A DNA stretch of 40,046 nt from Burkholderiales bacterium (GCA_035554335.1 DATMIG010000191.1:1-40046), one strand, 5' to 3'; positions 28,489 through 37,065 are shown, numbered from the stretch's first letter. Program-made: numbers and translations. Notes: generated from the letters alone by a model not told the origin.

Positions 28489-31191
28489 CTAGCCGCTGTT
28501 GCGTAACCCTGCTGCCACGCCATTGATCGTGAGGTGAATCGCGCGCAGTAGCCGCTCGTCGCCGCCGTCGGCGCGATGGCGGCGAAGGAGCTCGACCTGC
28601 AGGTGGTTGAGCGGATCGAGGTAAGGGAAGCGATTGCGGATCGAGCGCGCGAGGGTCGGGTTGTCGGCGAGGAGCTGCGTCTGCTGCGTGATCGCCGCGA
28701 GCCAGCGCCGCGCGAGATGCCATTCGGTGTCGATCGCCGAGAATACGTTGGCGCGCAGCGTCGCATCCGGCACGAGCGACGCATAGCGCGAGGCGATGGC
28801 GAGGTCCGTCTTCGCGAGCACCATGTCCAGGTTGGACAACACCGCGCGGAAAAAGGGCCAGGCGCGGTACATCGCGCGCAGCTCATCCAGCTTGCCGCGC
28901 TTCGTGGCGATCCAGTCCTCCACCGCGGCGCCGAAACCGTACCACCCCGGCAGCATGAGGCGCGACTGGCTCCAGCTGAACACCCAGGGGATCGCGCGGA
29001 TGTCCTCGATGGTCTGCGTGCTTTTGCGCGACGCCGGCCGGCTGCCGATGTTGAGCTGCGAAAGCTCGGCGATCGGCGTCGACGCGCGCCAGTAGTCGAT
29101 GAAGCCCGGCGCCCGCACCAGCTCGCGGTAAGCGTCGAAGGCCGTCTGCGCCAGCGTCTCCATGATCTGTGCGTGGCGCGCGTGGGCTTCCTCGTCGCCG
29201 CGGCGCGCGAGGCTCGCTTCGAGCGTCGCCGCCGCCAGCGCCTCGAGGTTGCGGCGTCCGCTCTCCGGGTCGGCGTATTTGCTGGCGATGACCTCGCCCT
29301 GCTCCGTCAGCCGGAGCGCGCCGTCGACGGTTCCCGGCGGCTGCGCGAGCACCGCCTCGTAGCTCGGCCCTCCGCCGCGGCCGATGGTGCCGCCGCGACC
29401 ATGGAAGAGCCGCAGCCGCACACCGCGCGGCTTGCAGACGTCGCGCAACGCCTCCGCCGCCTTGTAGAGCGCCCAGTTGGACGCCACGTAGCCACCGTCC
29501 TTGTTGCTGTCCGAGTAGCCGAGCATCACCTCCTGCTCGTTCCGGCGTGCGTCGATCCAGGCGCGATAGAGCGGCAGCTCGAGCGCCTTCTTCATCACAT
29601 CACCACAGCTCGCAAGGTCCGCGATCGACTCGAAGAGCGGCACGATGTCGATCTCGAGCGGCGCCGGCGCGCCGGGGCGCACGAGCCCCGCCTCGCGCAG
29701 CAGCAGCCCGACCTCGAGCAGATCCGATACCGAGTCGCAATGCGAGATCACGTAGCGCGCCACCGAGCGCGCACCGAAGCGGCGGCGGCCCTGCGCCGCG
29801 GCCTCGAGGATGGCGAGCTCTTTCTGCACGAGCGGCGAGTATTCGACGTAGGGCGAGCGCAGCAGCCGCGGGCTCGACAGCTCCTTCTCCAGGAGCGCCA
29901 CGCGCTGCGCCTCATTCATCTCGCGATAGCCCGGCGTGCCGGCGCGGGCGAGAAGCTCGTCCACCGCCTGCTCGTGCATGTCCGAGCTTTGCCGCAGGTC
30001 CAGGGGCGCGAGATGGAAGCCGAAAACCGAGACCTTGCGCTCGAGCGAGCGCAGGCGACCGCTCGCCAGCAGCGCCGCGCCCTGCGCCTTGAGCGCGCCA
30101 GAAATGATCGCGAGCTCGGCCGCGAATTCGTCGGCGCTGCCGTAGGCGGGCGCCCTGTTCAGGGGCGGCGGGCTCGCCGCGTGCTGCGCGAGCGCTTCCG
30201 CCGTCGCAGCGACGCGCGCATAAATCCCGGTGAGCGCGCGCCGATACGGCTCGTCCTGGCGGTGCGGCGAGGGATCGCCCGAACGTTCGGCCAACGACGC
30301 CACCTCCGGCGGCACGTGCGCCTGGCGGCCGGACAGGCCGAGCTCGCGGCCGAGCGAGTTCACTTCGGCGAGGTAGTGCTCGAACACGAGCCGCGCATGC
30401 AGCACCTGCGCCGTGCGCAGCACCGCCGCGTCGACGTTCGGATTGCCGTCGCGATCGCCGCCGATCCAGCTGCCGACCGTGAGGAAAGGCGGCAGCCACG
30501 GCAGCTCGTGCATCTGGAAGCGCTCTTTCAGCGCGTGCTCGAACTCGCCGTAGAGCCGCGGCAGCTCCTGGAGGAACGTGAGGCGGAAGAAGTTGATGCC
30601 GTTCGTCACCTCGTCCGACACCTGCAGCTTGTGGAGCCGCAGCATCGAGGTCAGCCACAGGCGCAGCACCTCCGCGTGGATCGCCTCGTCGCGCTCCGCG
30701 TTCTGCGGCTGCGCGATGAGGCGCGCGATCTCGCGCTCGCAGTCGAGGATGCTCTGGCGCTGGACTTCGGTCGGATGGGCCGTGAGCACCGGGCTCACCT
30801 GGGCGCGCTCGAACCAGGCCAGCAGCTTTTCAACACCCACGGACTTCACTTGGTCGAGCGCGTACGAGAGGCTACCCGGCCGCCTCGGCGAGCCCGCAGC
30901 CGCATGCACGCGCCGCCGGCGGTGCTGCTGCTCGTCCTCGGCGATGTTGAGGAGGTGCGAGAAGAAGCTGAAGGCGCGCACCACGTCCATCGTCTGGTCG
31001 AGGTCGAGCGCGTTCAGCAGCGCATCGAGCCCGCCCTCGCCCGCGTTGTCCTTGCGGAAGGCGACGGCCGCCTGGCGGATGCCCTCGATGCGCTCGAACG
31101 TCTCGGCGCCCGCCTGGCCGCGGATCACCTCGCCGAGCAGGCGCCCGAGCAGGCGCCGGTCCTCGCGCAGCAGGTTCTCCTTGTCATCCAT
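28489..31191 (-). CDS. ppc: Phosphoenolpyruvate carboxylase
   Basis: 900 aa with motifs VLTAHPTE and GYSDSNKDGG and the C-terminus INGVAAGLRNSG. Confidence 0.95.
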   Translation of the reverse strand: MDDKENLLREDRRLLGRLLGEVIRGQAGAETFERIEGIRQAAVAFRKDNAGEGGLDALLNALDLDQTMDVVRAFSFFSHLLNIAEDEQQHRRRRVHAAAGSPRRPGSLSYALDQVKSVGVEKLLAWFERAQVSPVLTAHPTEVQRQSILDCEREIARLIAQPQNAERDEAIHAEVLRLWLTSMLRLHKLQVSDEVTNGINFFRLTFLQELPRLYGEFEHALKERFQMHELPWLPPFLTVGSWIGGDRDGNPNVDAAVLRTAQVLHARLVFEHYLAEVNSLGRELGLSGRQAHVPPEVASLAERSGDPSPHRQDEPYRRALTGIYARVAATAEALAQHAASPPPLNRAPAYGSADEFAAELAIISGALKAQGAALLASGRLRSLERKVSVFGFHLAPLDLRQSSDMHEQAVDELLARAGTPGYREMNEAQRVALLEKELSSPRLLRSPYVEYSPLVQKELAILEAAAQGRRRFGARSVARYVISHCDSVSDLLEVGLLLREAGLVRPGAPAPLEIDIVPLFESIADLASCGDVMKKALELPLYRAWIDARRNEQEVMLGYSDSNKDGGYVASNWALYKAAEALRDVCKPRGVRLRLFHGRGGTIGRGGGPSYEAVLAQPPGTVDGALRLTEQGEVIASKYADPESGRRNLEALAAATLEASLARRGDEEAHARHAQIMETLAQTAFDAYRELVRAPGFIDYWRASTPIAELSQLNIGSRPASRKSTQTIEDIRAIPWVFSWSQSRLMLPGWYGFGAAVEDWIATKRGKLDELRAMYRAWPFFRAVLSNLDMVLAKTDLAIASRYASLVPDATLRANVFSAIDTEWHLARRWLAAITQQTQLLADNPTLARSIRNRFPYLDPLNHLQVELLRRHRADGGDERLLRAIHLTINGVAAGLRNSG

Positions 31192-31194
31192 AGA

Positions 31195-31518
31195 ATGACT
31201 CTAATGGATTACCGCAGCCGCGCGCTAAAGCTGTTCCCTCACGTGTGCGCACGCTGCGCCCGAAACTTCCCGCCGAGTCGGCTGCGCGAACTGACGGTAC
31301 ATCACCGCGACGGCAACCACGACAACAACCCGCTCGACGGCTCCAACTGGGAGCTGCTCTGCATCTACTGCCACGAGAACGAGCATGCGCGCGCGGTCGA
31401 CTCGCAGGCCGGCGGCAACGCGAAGCAGACCGATCCCGCGCCCGCGAAGCATCGGCCGCTCGCCGGACTGGATAAGCTCATCACGGAAAAAAAGAAGCCG
31501 CCCGAGGGCGGCTTCTAG
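31195..31518 (+). CDS. yajD: YajD-family HNH nuclease
   Basis: ALKLFPHVCARCARNF...LRELTVHHRDGNHDNNPLDGSNWELLCIYCHENEH is collinear with E. coli YajD as I remember it. The start is ATG 31195 or 31204. These are the last 107 codons of the shadow ORF 28576..31518. Confidence 0.85.
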   Translation: MTLMDYRSRALKLFPHVCARCARNFPPSRLRELTVHHRDGNHDNNPLDGSNWELLCIYCHENEHARAVDSQAGGNAKQTDPAPAKHRPLAGLDKLITEKKKPPEGGF

Positions 31519-31662
31519 AAGGCCATTCCCCAGGGAGGAGGAGAAGAGAATGGCTAGGGGAGTAGGCATTCTGCGCATCCCCGCTTCCCTTGTCTGTCGC
31601 GCGCTCCGGAAAGTTAGGGTCGCAGCGGTGCGACAGGGATTTCCCTTACGAGGAAATTGCCG
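31487..31662 (-). ncRNA. CU-rich structured element C1: degP 3'UTR or 3'UTR-derived sRNA with CCUCCUCCC in a hairpin loop
   Basis: On the minus strand it starts right after the degP stop. A helix is formed by CTGTCGC and GCGACAG (31630..31636 with 31594..31600). A hairpin GCCATTC/GAATGGC (31522..31554) has the loop UCUUCUCCUCCUCCCUGGG. The terminator is GAAGCCGCCC/GGGCGGCTTC (31494..31515) plus T7 (31487..31493). Confidence 0.5.
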
Positions 31663-33153
31663 CTAGCCGATTTCAATTGGCACGAAGACTGTCGCATCCC
31701 CTCTACGCACGAGTAGCGCGACGTTGTCTTTCGCCTTCGCGACCATCGCGCGCAGCTCGTCCACCGACTTGACCGGCTTGCCGTTCACGGCGGTGATGAG
31801 ATCGCCGCGGCGCAGGCCCGCCTTCGCCGCGGGGCCGGTGGCGCGCTCCACGACCAGGCCGCTCGCGTTGCCGCCGAGCTGCTTCTTTTCTTCCGGGGTG
31901 AGCGCACGAACGGCGAGACCGAGCTTGCCGCCTTCTTCCGGATTGGGCTGCGCGCTGCCGTTCTTCGCCACCTGCTCGTTCTTCATCTCGCCGACGGCGA
32001 CGCCGAGCGTCTGCTTCTTGCCGCCGCGCCAGATCTCGAGCTCGCTCTTCGTGCCGGGCTTGGTCTGCGCGACGACCGGCGGCAGCTCGCTCGAGGTCTC
32101 GATCTTCTTGCCGTTGAAGGCGAGGATCACGTCGCCCGGCTGCAGGCCCGCCTTCTCCGCCGGACCGCCGGCCTCGACCGTGGAGACCAGCGCGCCCGTC
32201 GGGCGATCGAGGCCGAACGATCGGGCGAGCGACGCGGACACTTCCTGGATGCCGATGCCGAGGCGGCCGCGCTGCACCTTGCCGGTCTTGAGGAGCTGCT
32301 CCTCCACGTTCCTCGCCACGTCGATCGGAATCGCGAAGGCGAGACCCATGTAGCCGCCGGTGCGCGAGTAGATGGCGGAATTGATGCCGATCACCTGCCC
32401 CTGCATGTTGAAGAGCGGACCGCCGGAATTGCCGGGGTTCACCGCCGCATCGGTCTGGATGAACGGTACGTAGCTGCCCTCGGGCAGCGAGCGCGAGGTA
32501 CCGGAGACGATGCCGGAGGTGACGGTGTTCTCGAAGCCGAACGGCGAGCCGATGGCGATCACCCATTCGCCGACGCGCACCTTGGACGCATCGCCGAGCT
32601 TGACGGTCGGCAGATCCTTCGCGTCGATCTTGACCACGGCGATGTCGGTCGTGTGGTCGAGGCCCGCGACCTTGCCCTTGAACTCGCGGCGGTCGGCGAG
32701 CTTGACGCGCACCTCGTCCGCGCCCTCGACGACGTGCGCATTGGTGAGGATCACGCCGTTCGGGTCGACGATGAAGCCGGAGCCCATGCCCTCGCGCGGC
32801 ACCGGCGGCTGCGCGCCTTCCATGCCGAAGCGGCGCAGGAACTCGTTCAGCGGATTGTCGTCCTGCTCGTCATCGCCCTGGTCGTTTCCGCGACCTCCGA
32901 AGGCCTGCGGCTTCGGCGCCGAGACGGTCGCGCGGATGTTCACCACCGCGCCCTTGTTGGCTTCGGCGATGGCGGCGAAGTCGGGCAGCGCCTGGACGGG
33001 CGCGCCGGAGGCCTGTGCGCCGGTCGGACTACCGGGCGAAGCGGCCGAAGCGCCTTGCGCAGCCTGGGGTTTGGCCGGTTGCTCGGTGGCCGGGGAGCAC
33101 GCGGCGCCGACACAAGCGGTTATTAAGGAAAACGCAAGGATTGCTGGCTTCAT
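31663..33153 (-). CDS. degP: Periplasmic serine endoprotease, HtrA/DegP/DegQ/MucD family (two PDZ domains)
   Basis: 496 aa with a signal/lipobox-like N-terminus. The catalytic triad contexts are TNAHVV, DIAVVKI and GNSGGPLF. Two PDZ domains are present (GIGIQEVS..., LGLAVRALTPEE...). Confidence 0.9.
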   Translation of the reverse strand: MKPAILAFSLITACVGAACSPATEQPAKPQAAQGASAASPGSPTGAQASGAPVQALPDFAAIAEANKGAVVNIRATVSAPKPQAFGGRGNDQGDDEQDDNPLNEFLRRFGMEGAQPPVPREGMGSGFIVDPNGVILTNAHVVEGADEVRVKLADRREFKGKVAGLDHTTDIAVVKIDAKDLPTVKLGDASKVRVGEWVIAIGSPFGFENTVTSGIVSGTSRSLPEGSYVPFIQTDAAVNPGNSGGPLFNMQGQVIGINSAIYSRTGGYMGLAFAIPIDVARNVEEQLLKTGKVQRGRLGIGIQEVSASLARSFGLDRPTGALVSTVEAGGPAEKAGLQPGDVILAFNGKKIETSSELPPVVAQTKPGTKSELEIWRGGKKQTLGVAVGEMKNEQVAKNGSAQPNPEEGGKLGLAVRALTPEEKKQLGGNASGLVVERATGPAAKAGLRRGDLITAVNGKPVKSVDELRAMVAKAKDNVALLVRRGDATVFVPIEIG

Positions 33154-33183
33154 GGTCAGCCTCTGGACACTGGGGTTGACCCT

Positions 33184-33211
33184 TTAGATGCGGCGACCAA
33201 GGCGGACGTTC
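33184..33211 (-). promoter_or_regulatory. SigmaE (RpoE/AlgU)-type promoter candidate upstream of degP
   Basis: Minus strand: GAACGT (33211..33206), a 17-nt spacer, then TCTAA (33188..33184), about 30 nt upstream of ATG 33153. An SD AGAGG follows. This compares with the consensus GAACTT-N16/17-TCTNA as I remember it. Confidence 0.45.
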
Positions 33212-33216
33212 AATCC

Positions 33217-34662
33217 CTAATGCAGCCCCGTGCAAAAGCGGCCGACGTAGGGCAGGAGCTTCTCGGCGAAGGCCTTCGCCTCGGCATTGGCGGCCCGCAG
33301 ACGCACCATCGCCTCTTCGGCCTCGCGCCGCAGCTTTTCCACGTCCACGCCCAGGACCTTGCGATCGCGCACGATGAAACGGCCGCCCGCCATCACGTGC
33401 TCGACGCCGGTACCGTCCTCGCCGAACACGATCTGCTGCGCGAGGTCGTTGAGCGGCACGTAATGCAGCGCGGACAGGTCGAGGAAGACGAGGTCGGCCT
33501 TCCAGCCCTTTTCGATGCGCCCGATGCGGTCGAAGCCGAGCGCCTTCGCGCCGCCCTCGGTGGCCGCATGGAACGCCTCGCGCGCGCTGATCCATTCGCC
33601 GACCGAATGATCCTTGACGCGCGAGAGGTAGCACGCGAGCCGCATCGCCTCGAACGCGTTCAGGTTGTCGGAGCACGCCGTGCCGTCCGTGCCGACCGCC
33701 ACGTTGATCCCGGCCGCCAGCATGCGCCGCATGTCGGCGACGCCGGAACCCAGCTTCAGGTTGCTGCCCGGGTTGTGCGACACCGAAGCGCCGGCGTCGG
33801 CCAGGCGCTGGCGATCCTCGTCGCCCAGCCACACGCCGTGCGCCACGCAGAAGCCGGGGCTCAGCATCTCCAGCTTCGCAAGGTGCGCGACGAGCGAATG
33901 GCCATACACCTTCGGCGCGATGATCGACTGCATCTTCGATTCGGCCACGTGCATCTGCATGCCGAGGCCGTGCTCGCGCGCGAGATCGCGGCACTCGCGC
34001 AGGAATTCGTCCGAGCAGTGGTGCGGGATGCTGGGCCCGAGCGCGGGCTTCACCTGCTCGCGCGGATGCCGCCAGGCCGCCAATATCTTCCGGCAGGCCT
34101 CGATCGACTGCTCGTGCGGCGCCGCTTTCGCTTTCAGCGCTTCGCTTCTCAGCGGCTCGGGCAGCGCGTCCGCGAGACCGGGGACCGCCTCCCAGTAGCT
34201 CTTGTCCGTGATCTGCGGCGCGATCACCGCGCGCAGTCCGACCTTCGCATAGGCCTCGGCCACCGCCGCCATGCCTTCGACCGTCGGCAGCGGAAATTCC
34301 GCGAACATGTCGTACGCCGCGGTGCAGCCCTTGCGCGCCATCTCCGCCGCGCCAAGCGTGGCCGAGAGGGCCTTGTCTTCCAGCGTGCGGCGGCCGGTCG
34401 ACCACGGCACGGCCGTGAGATAGAGCTCCAGGTTGTAGCGGTCGAAAAGACCTTTGGCCAGGTTGGCGGTGGCATGGTTGTGCCCGTTGACGAGCCCCGG
34501 CATCAGCGCGCGCCCGGTCGCGTCGACGCGTTCCATGCCGTCGCCTTTCACGCTGCCCGGTGCAACGAGGTCCTTGATCGTGTCGCCCTCGACGATCACG
34601 TCGAGCGCCTCCGCGGCGAACGTCTTCGGCCGCACCACCTTCGCGCCATGGATGAGGATCAT
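33217..34662 (-). CDS. Amidohydrolase-superfamily protein (COG0402 chlorohydrolase/aminohydrolase-like; substrate unknown)
   Basis: 481 aa starting MILIHGAKVV, with the HxH metal motif LVNGHNH and motifs MHVAES and AVGTDG. Confidence 0.85.
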   Translation of the reverse strand: MILIHGAKVVRPKTFAAEALDVIVEGDTIKDLVAPGSVKGDGMERVDATGRALMPGLVNGHNHATANLAKGLFDRYNLELYLTAVPWSTGRRTLEDKALSATLGAAEMARKGCTAAYDMFAEFPLPTVEGMAAVAEAYAKVGLRAVIAPQITDKSYWEAVPGLADALPEPLRSEALKAKAAPHEQSIEACRKILAAWRHPREQVKPALGPSIPHHCSDEFLRECRDLAREHGLGMQMHVAESKMQSIIAPKVYGHSLVAHLAKLEMLSPGFCVAHGVWLGDEDRQRLADAGASVSHNPGSNLKLGSGVADMRRMLAAGINVAVGTDGTACSDNLNAFEAMRLACYLSRVKDHSVGEWISAREAFHAATEGGAKALGFDRIGRIEKGWKADLVFLDLSALHYVPLNDLAQQIVFGEDGTGVEHVMAGGRFIVRDRKVLGVDVEKLRREAEEAMVRLRAANAEAKAFAEKLLPYVGRFCTGLH

Positions 34663-34670
34663 GGCGGGAG

Positions 34671-34676
34671 ATTATC
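34671..34676 (-). promoter_or_regulatory. -10-like GATAAT placed 8 nt before the amidohydrolase ATG (possible leaderless promoter)
   Basis: Minus strand: TTTTTGTC-GATAAT-CTCCCGCC-ATG. There is no SD. The arrangement parallels 28008..28029. Confidence 0.25.
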
Positions 34677-34679
34677 GAC

Positions 34680-34865
34680 AAAAAGAAGCCGCCCGAAGGC
34701 GGCTGTCCAAGGGGTTGAGCCAGGTCCTAGGGAGTGCGGACGTTGGCTCCAGGGAGGAGGACTGCATTGTGCAAATCCGCGGCCGCGCTGTCTGTCACCC
34801 GGCTTTGGCTTTTGGGGTCCGAAACCGTTCGACAGGAAAATCCCCGACAGGGAAAATCCGTGCTG
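34680..34865 (-). ncRNA. CU-rich structured element C2, paralog of C1 (sRNA or leader upstream of the amidohydrolase gene)
   Basis: On the minus strand it carries two GGATTTTCC(C)TGTCG repeats (34830..34859) and a CTGTC/GACAG helix. It also has UCCUCCUCCCUGG (34749..34761) and a CUCCCUAGG loop (34726..34734). The terminator is AGCCGCC-TTCG-GGCGGCT plus TCTTTTTG (34680..34704), 24 of 25 nt identical to the C1 terminator. Confidence 0.5.
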
Positions 34866-34879
34866 ACCGCACTCCTGTA

Positions 34880-36619
34880 ATGCCTCTCCTTACGCTCCAG
34901 AACGCCGAGCTCGCCTTTGGCGACCTCCCGCTCCTCGACCGGGCCTCGTTCGCCCTCGAGGAGCGCGAGCGCATCGGGCTCATCGGGCGTAACGGCACCG
35001 GGAAATCGTCGCTGCTCGCCGTGCTCGCCGGCACGCGCATGCTCGACGACGGCGAGCTGAGGAAAACGGACGGGCTGCGCATCGTCTTCGTGCCGCAGGA
35101 GCCGGCCTTTCCCGCCGACACGCCGGCGCCCGCGCACAAGCTCGAGGAATTCTTCCACCGCCTGGGCATCGATCTCGAGCTCGATCCGGCGAAGGCGTCG
35201 GGCGGCGAGCGCAAGCGCGCGGCGCTCGCCGCCGCCTTTGCGCAGGAGCCGGACGTGCTGCTCCTCGACGAGCCGACCAACCACCTCGACATCGACGGCA
35301 TCGTCGCGCTGGAGAATCTCCTCGTGCGGCAGCCGGCGGCGATCTTCGTCACGCACGACCGCGCCTTTCTCGACCGCGTGGCGACGCGCATCCTCGAGCT
35401 CGACCGCGGGCGCCTCGTTTCCTTTCCCGGCAACTTTTCCGCCTATGAGCAGCGCAAGCGCGAGCAGCTCGCCGTCGAGGCCGTCGTGCATGCGAAGTTC
35501 GACAAGTTCTGGGCGCAGGAAGAAGCCTGGATCCGCAAGGGCATCGAGGCCCGGCGCACGCGCAACGAAGGCCGCGTGCGGCGCCTCGAGCGCCTGCGCG
35601 ACGAGCGCGCGGCGCGGCGCGAGCGCGCCGGGAACATCAGGCTCGCCATCGGCGAAGGGCAGCGCTCCGGAAAGCTGGTGGCCGAGCTCACCGAGGTGGC
35701 GAAGTCATTCGGTGGTCGCACGCTCATCCAGGGCCTCGACCTGATCGTCTCGCGCGGCGACCGCATCGGCCTCATCGGGCCCAACGGCGCCGGCAAGACC
35801 ACGCTCATCAAGCTGATCCTCGGCGAGCTCGCGCCCGACGCCGGGCGGGTGCGCATCGGCGCCAACGTGGCGCCGGCCTACTTCGACCAGCTGCGCGAAG
35901 TGCTGGACGAGGAAAAGACGGTCGCCGAAACGATCAGCCCCGGCTCCGAATGGGTCGACCTGACATCGGGCCGCAAGCACGTGATGAGCTATCTCGGCGA
36001 CTTCCTCTTCCCGCCGCGCCGCGCGAATTCGAAGGTCGCGATGCTCTCCGGCGGCGAGCGCAACCGCCTGCTGCTCGCGCGCCTCTTCTCGCGTCCGGCC
36101 AACGTGCTGGTGCTCGACGAGCCGACCAACGACCTCGACATCGAGTCGCTCGAGCTCCTCGAAACCGCGCTGCAGGACTATGCCGGCACGCTGCTCCTCG
36201 TCAGCCACGACCGCGCTTTCCTCGACAACGTGGTGACGCAGACGCTGGCCGCGCAAGGCGATGGCGTGTGGAAGGAGTACGCGGGCGGGTATAGCGATTA
36301 TGTGCAGCAGTCGCAAAATCAACCCCCCGCTCGCAAAGACAGCTCGCCTCCCCCCGCGGCGGGCGGGCGGCCGGAAAAGGCGCGCACAAAACTGAGCTAC
36401 AAGGAAACGCGGGAGCTGGAAGCGCTGCCGAAAGAAATCGAGACGCTCGAAGAAGAGCAGAAGCAGATCCAGGCGCGCATGCACGCCGCCGACTACTACA
36501 AGCAGCCGCCGGACATCCTGCGCGCGGATCGCGACCGCGAGGCCGAGATCGCGCGGCTGATCGACGACAAACTGGAGCGCTGGGCGGCGCTGGAGGAGAA
36601 AGCCAAACCGCCGGCGTGA
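34880..36619 (+). CDS. uup: ABC-F family ATPase, Uup-like (C-terminal coiled-coil tail)
   Basis: 579 aa from ATG 34880. It has two NBDs, with Walker A motifs GRNGTGKSS and GPNGAGKTT. SGGE signatures are present, along with LLLDEPTNHLD and LVLDEPTNDLD. The ABC-F linker reads FWAQEEAWIRKGIEARRTRNEGR. The C-terminus is charged and helical. Confidence 0.85.
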   Translation: MPLLTLQNAELAFGDLPLLDRASFALEERERIGLIGRNGTGKSSLLAVLAGTRMLDDGELRKTDGLRIVFVPQEPAFPADTPAPAHKLEEFFHRLGIDLELDPAKASGGERKRAALAAAFAQEPDVLLLDEPTNHLDIDGIVALENLLVRQPAAIFVTHDRAFLDRVATRILELDRGRLVSFPGNFSAYEQRKREQLAVEAVVHAKFDKFWAQEEAWIRKGIEARRTRNEGRVRRLERLRDERAARRERAGNIRLAIGEGQRSGKLVAELTEVAKSFGGRTLIQGLDLIVSRGDRIGLIGPNGAGKTTLIKLILGELAPDAGRVRIGANVAPAYFDQLREVLDEEKTVAETISPGSEWVDLTSGRKHVMSYLGDFLFPPRRANSKVAMLSGGERNRLLLARLFSRPANVLVLDEPTNDLDIESLELLETALQDYAGTLLLVSHDRAFLDNVVTQTLAAQGDGVWKEYAGGYSDYVQQSQNQPPARKDSSPPPAAGGRPEKARTKLSYKETRELEALPKEIETLEEEQKQIQARMHAADYYKQPPDILRADRDREAEIARLIDDKLERWAALEEKAKPPA

Positions 36620-36642
36620 CCGCGGCGGCCTGCCGCCGCGGT
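36619..36642. terminator. 10-bp GC hairpin between convergent genes
   Basis: ACCGCGGCGG-CCTG-CCGCCGCGGT overlaps both stop codons. No U-tract is present. Confidence 0.35.
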
Positions 36643-36968
36643 TACTTCAGGTTCCAGCTCGAGCGGGCCATGAAGACAATGGTGGCGTAGCCGATCACGT
36701 ACACCTCCGGCGCGGTGCCGGCGGGATCGAGCACCATCGCGGTCGACCAGTTGCAGCCCGAGTTGTCGGGCGGCTCGAGTCGCGTGATGTCGACGACCTT
36801 CACCTTCTCGCAGCCCGGCACGGTCTGGATCATCGCCGAGAGGTTCTTCATCAGATCCTCGCGGGAGAAGTGCTTGCGACCGTCGTCTGCCGTTTTCTCG
36901 TCTCCAAAGATGAAATCGCCGCCGGCGGTCTCGTCCGGATCGTTCAGCGGATTCTGCGGGGCGCCCAT
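36642..36968 (-). CDS. Hypothetical protein (108 aa)
   Basis: Sequence: MGAPQNPLNDPDETAGGDFIFGDEKTADDGRKHFSREDLMKNLSAMIQTVPGCEKVKVVDITRLEPPDNSGCNWSTAMVLDPAGTAPEVYVIGYATIVFMARSSWNLK. The composition looks coding and non-shadow, but no motif is recognised. Confidence 0.5.
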   Translation of the reverse strand: MGAPQNPLNDPDETAGGDFIFGDEKTADDGRKHFSREDLMKNLSAMIQTVPGCEKVKVVDITRLEPPDNSGCNWSTAMVLDPAGTAPEVYVIGYATIVFMARSSWNLK

Positions 36969-37065
36969 CCTCGCGAAATTTTAGCTGCTTGTCCGTCGCG
37001 GGAGGGTGGAGAAATTCGGGGTCGGAGCCTAAGAATTATTCCGGCCCCGACCCCGCCATAAGGCC

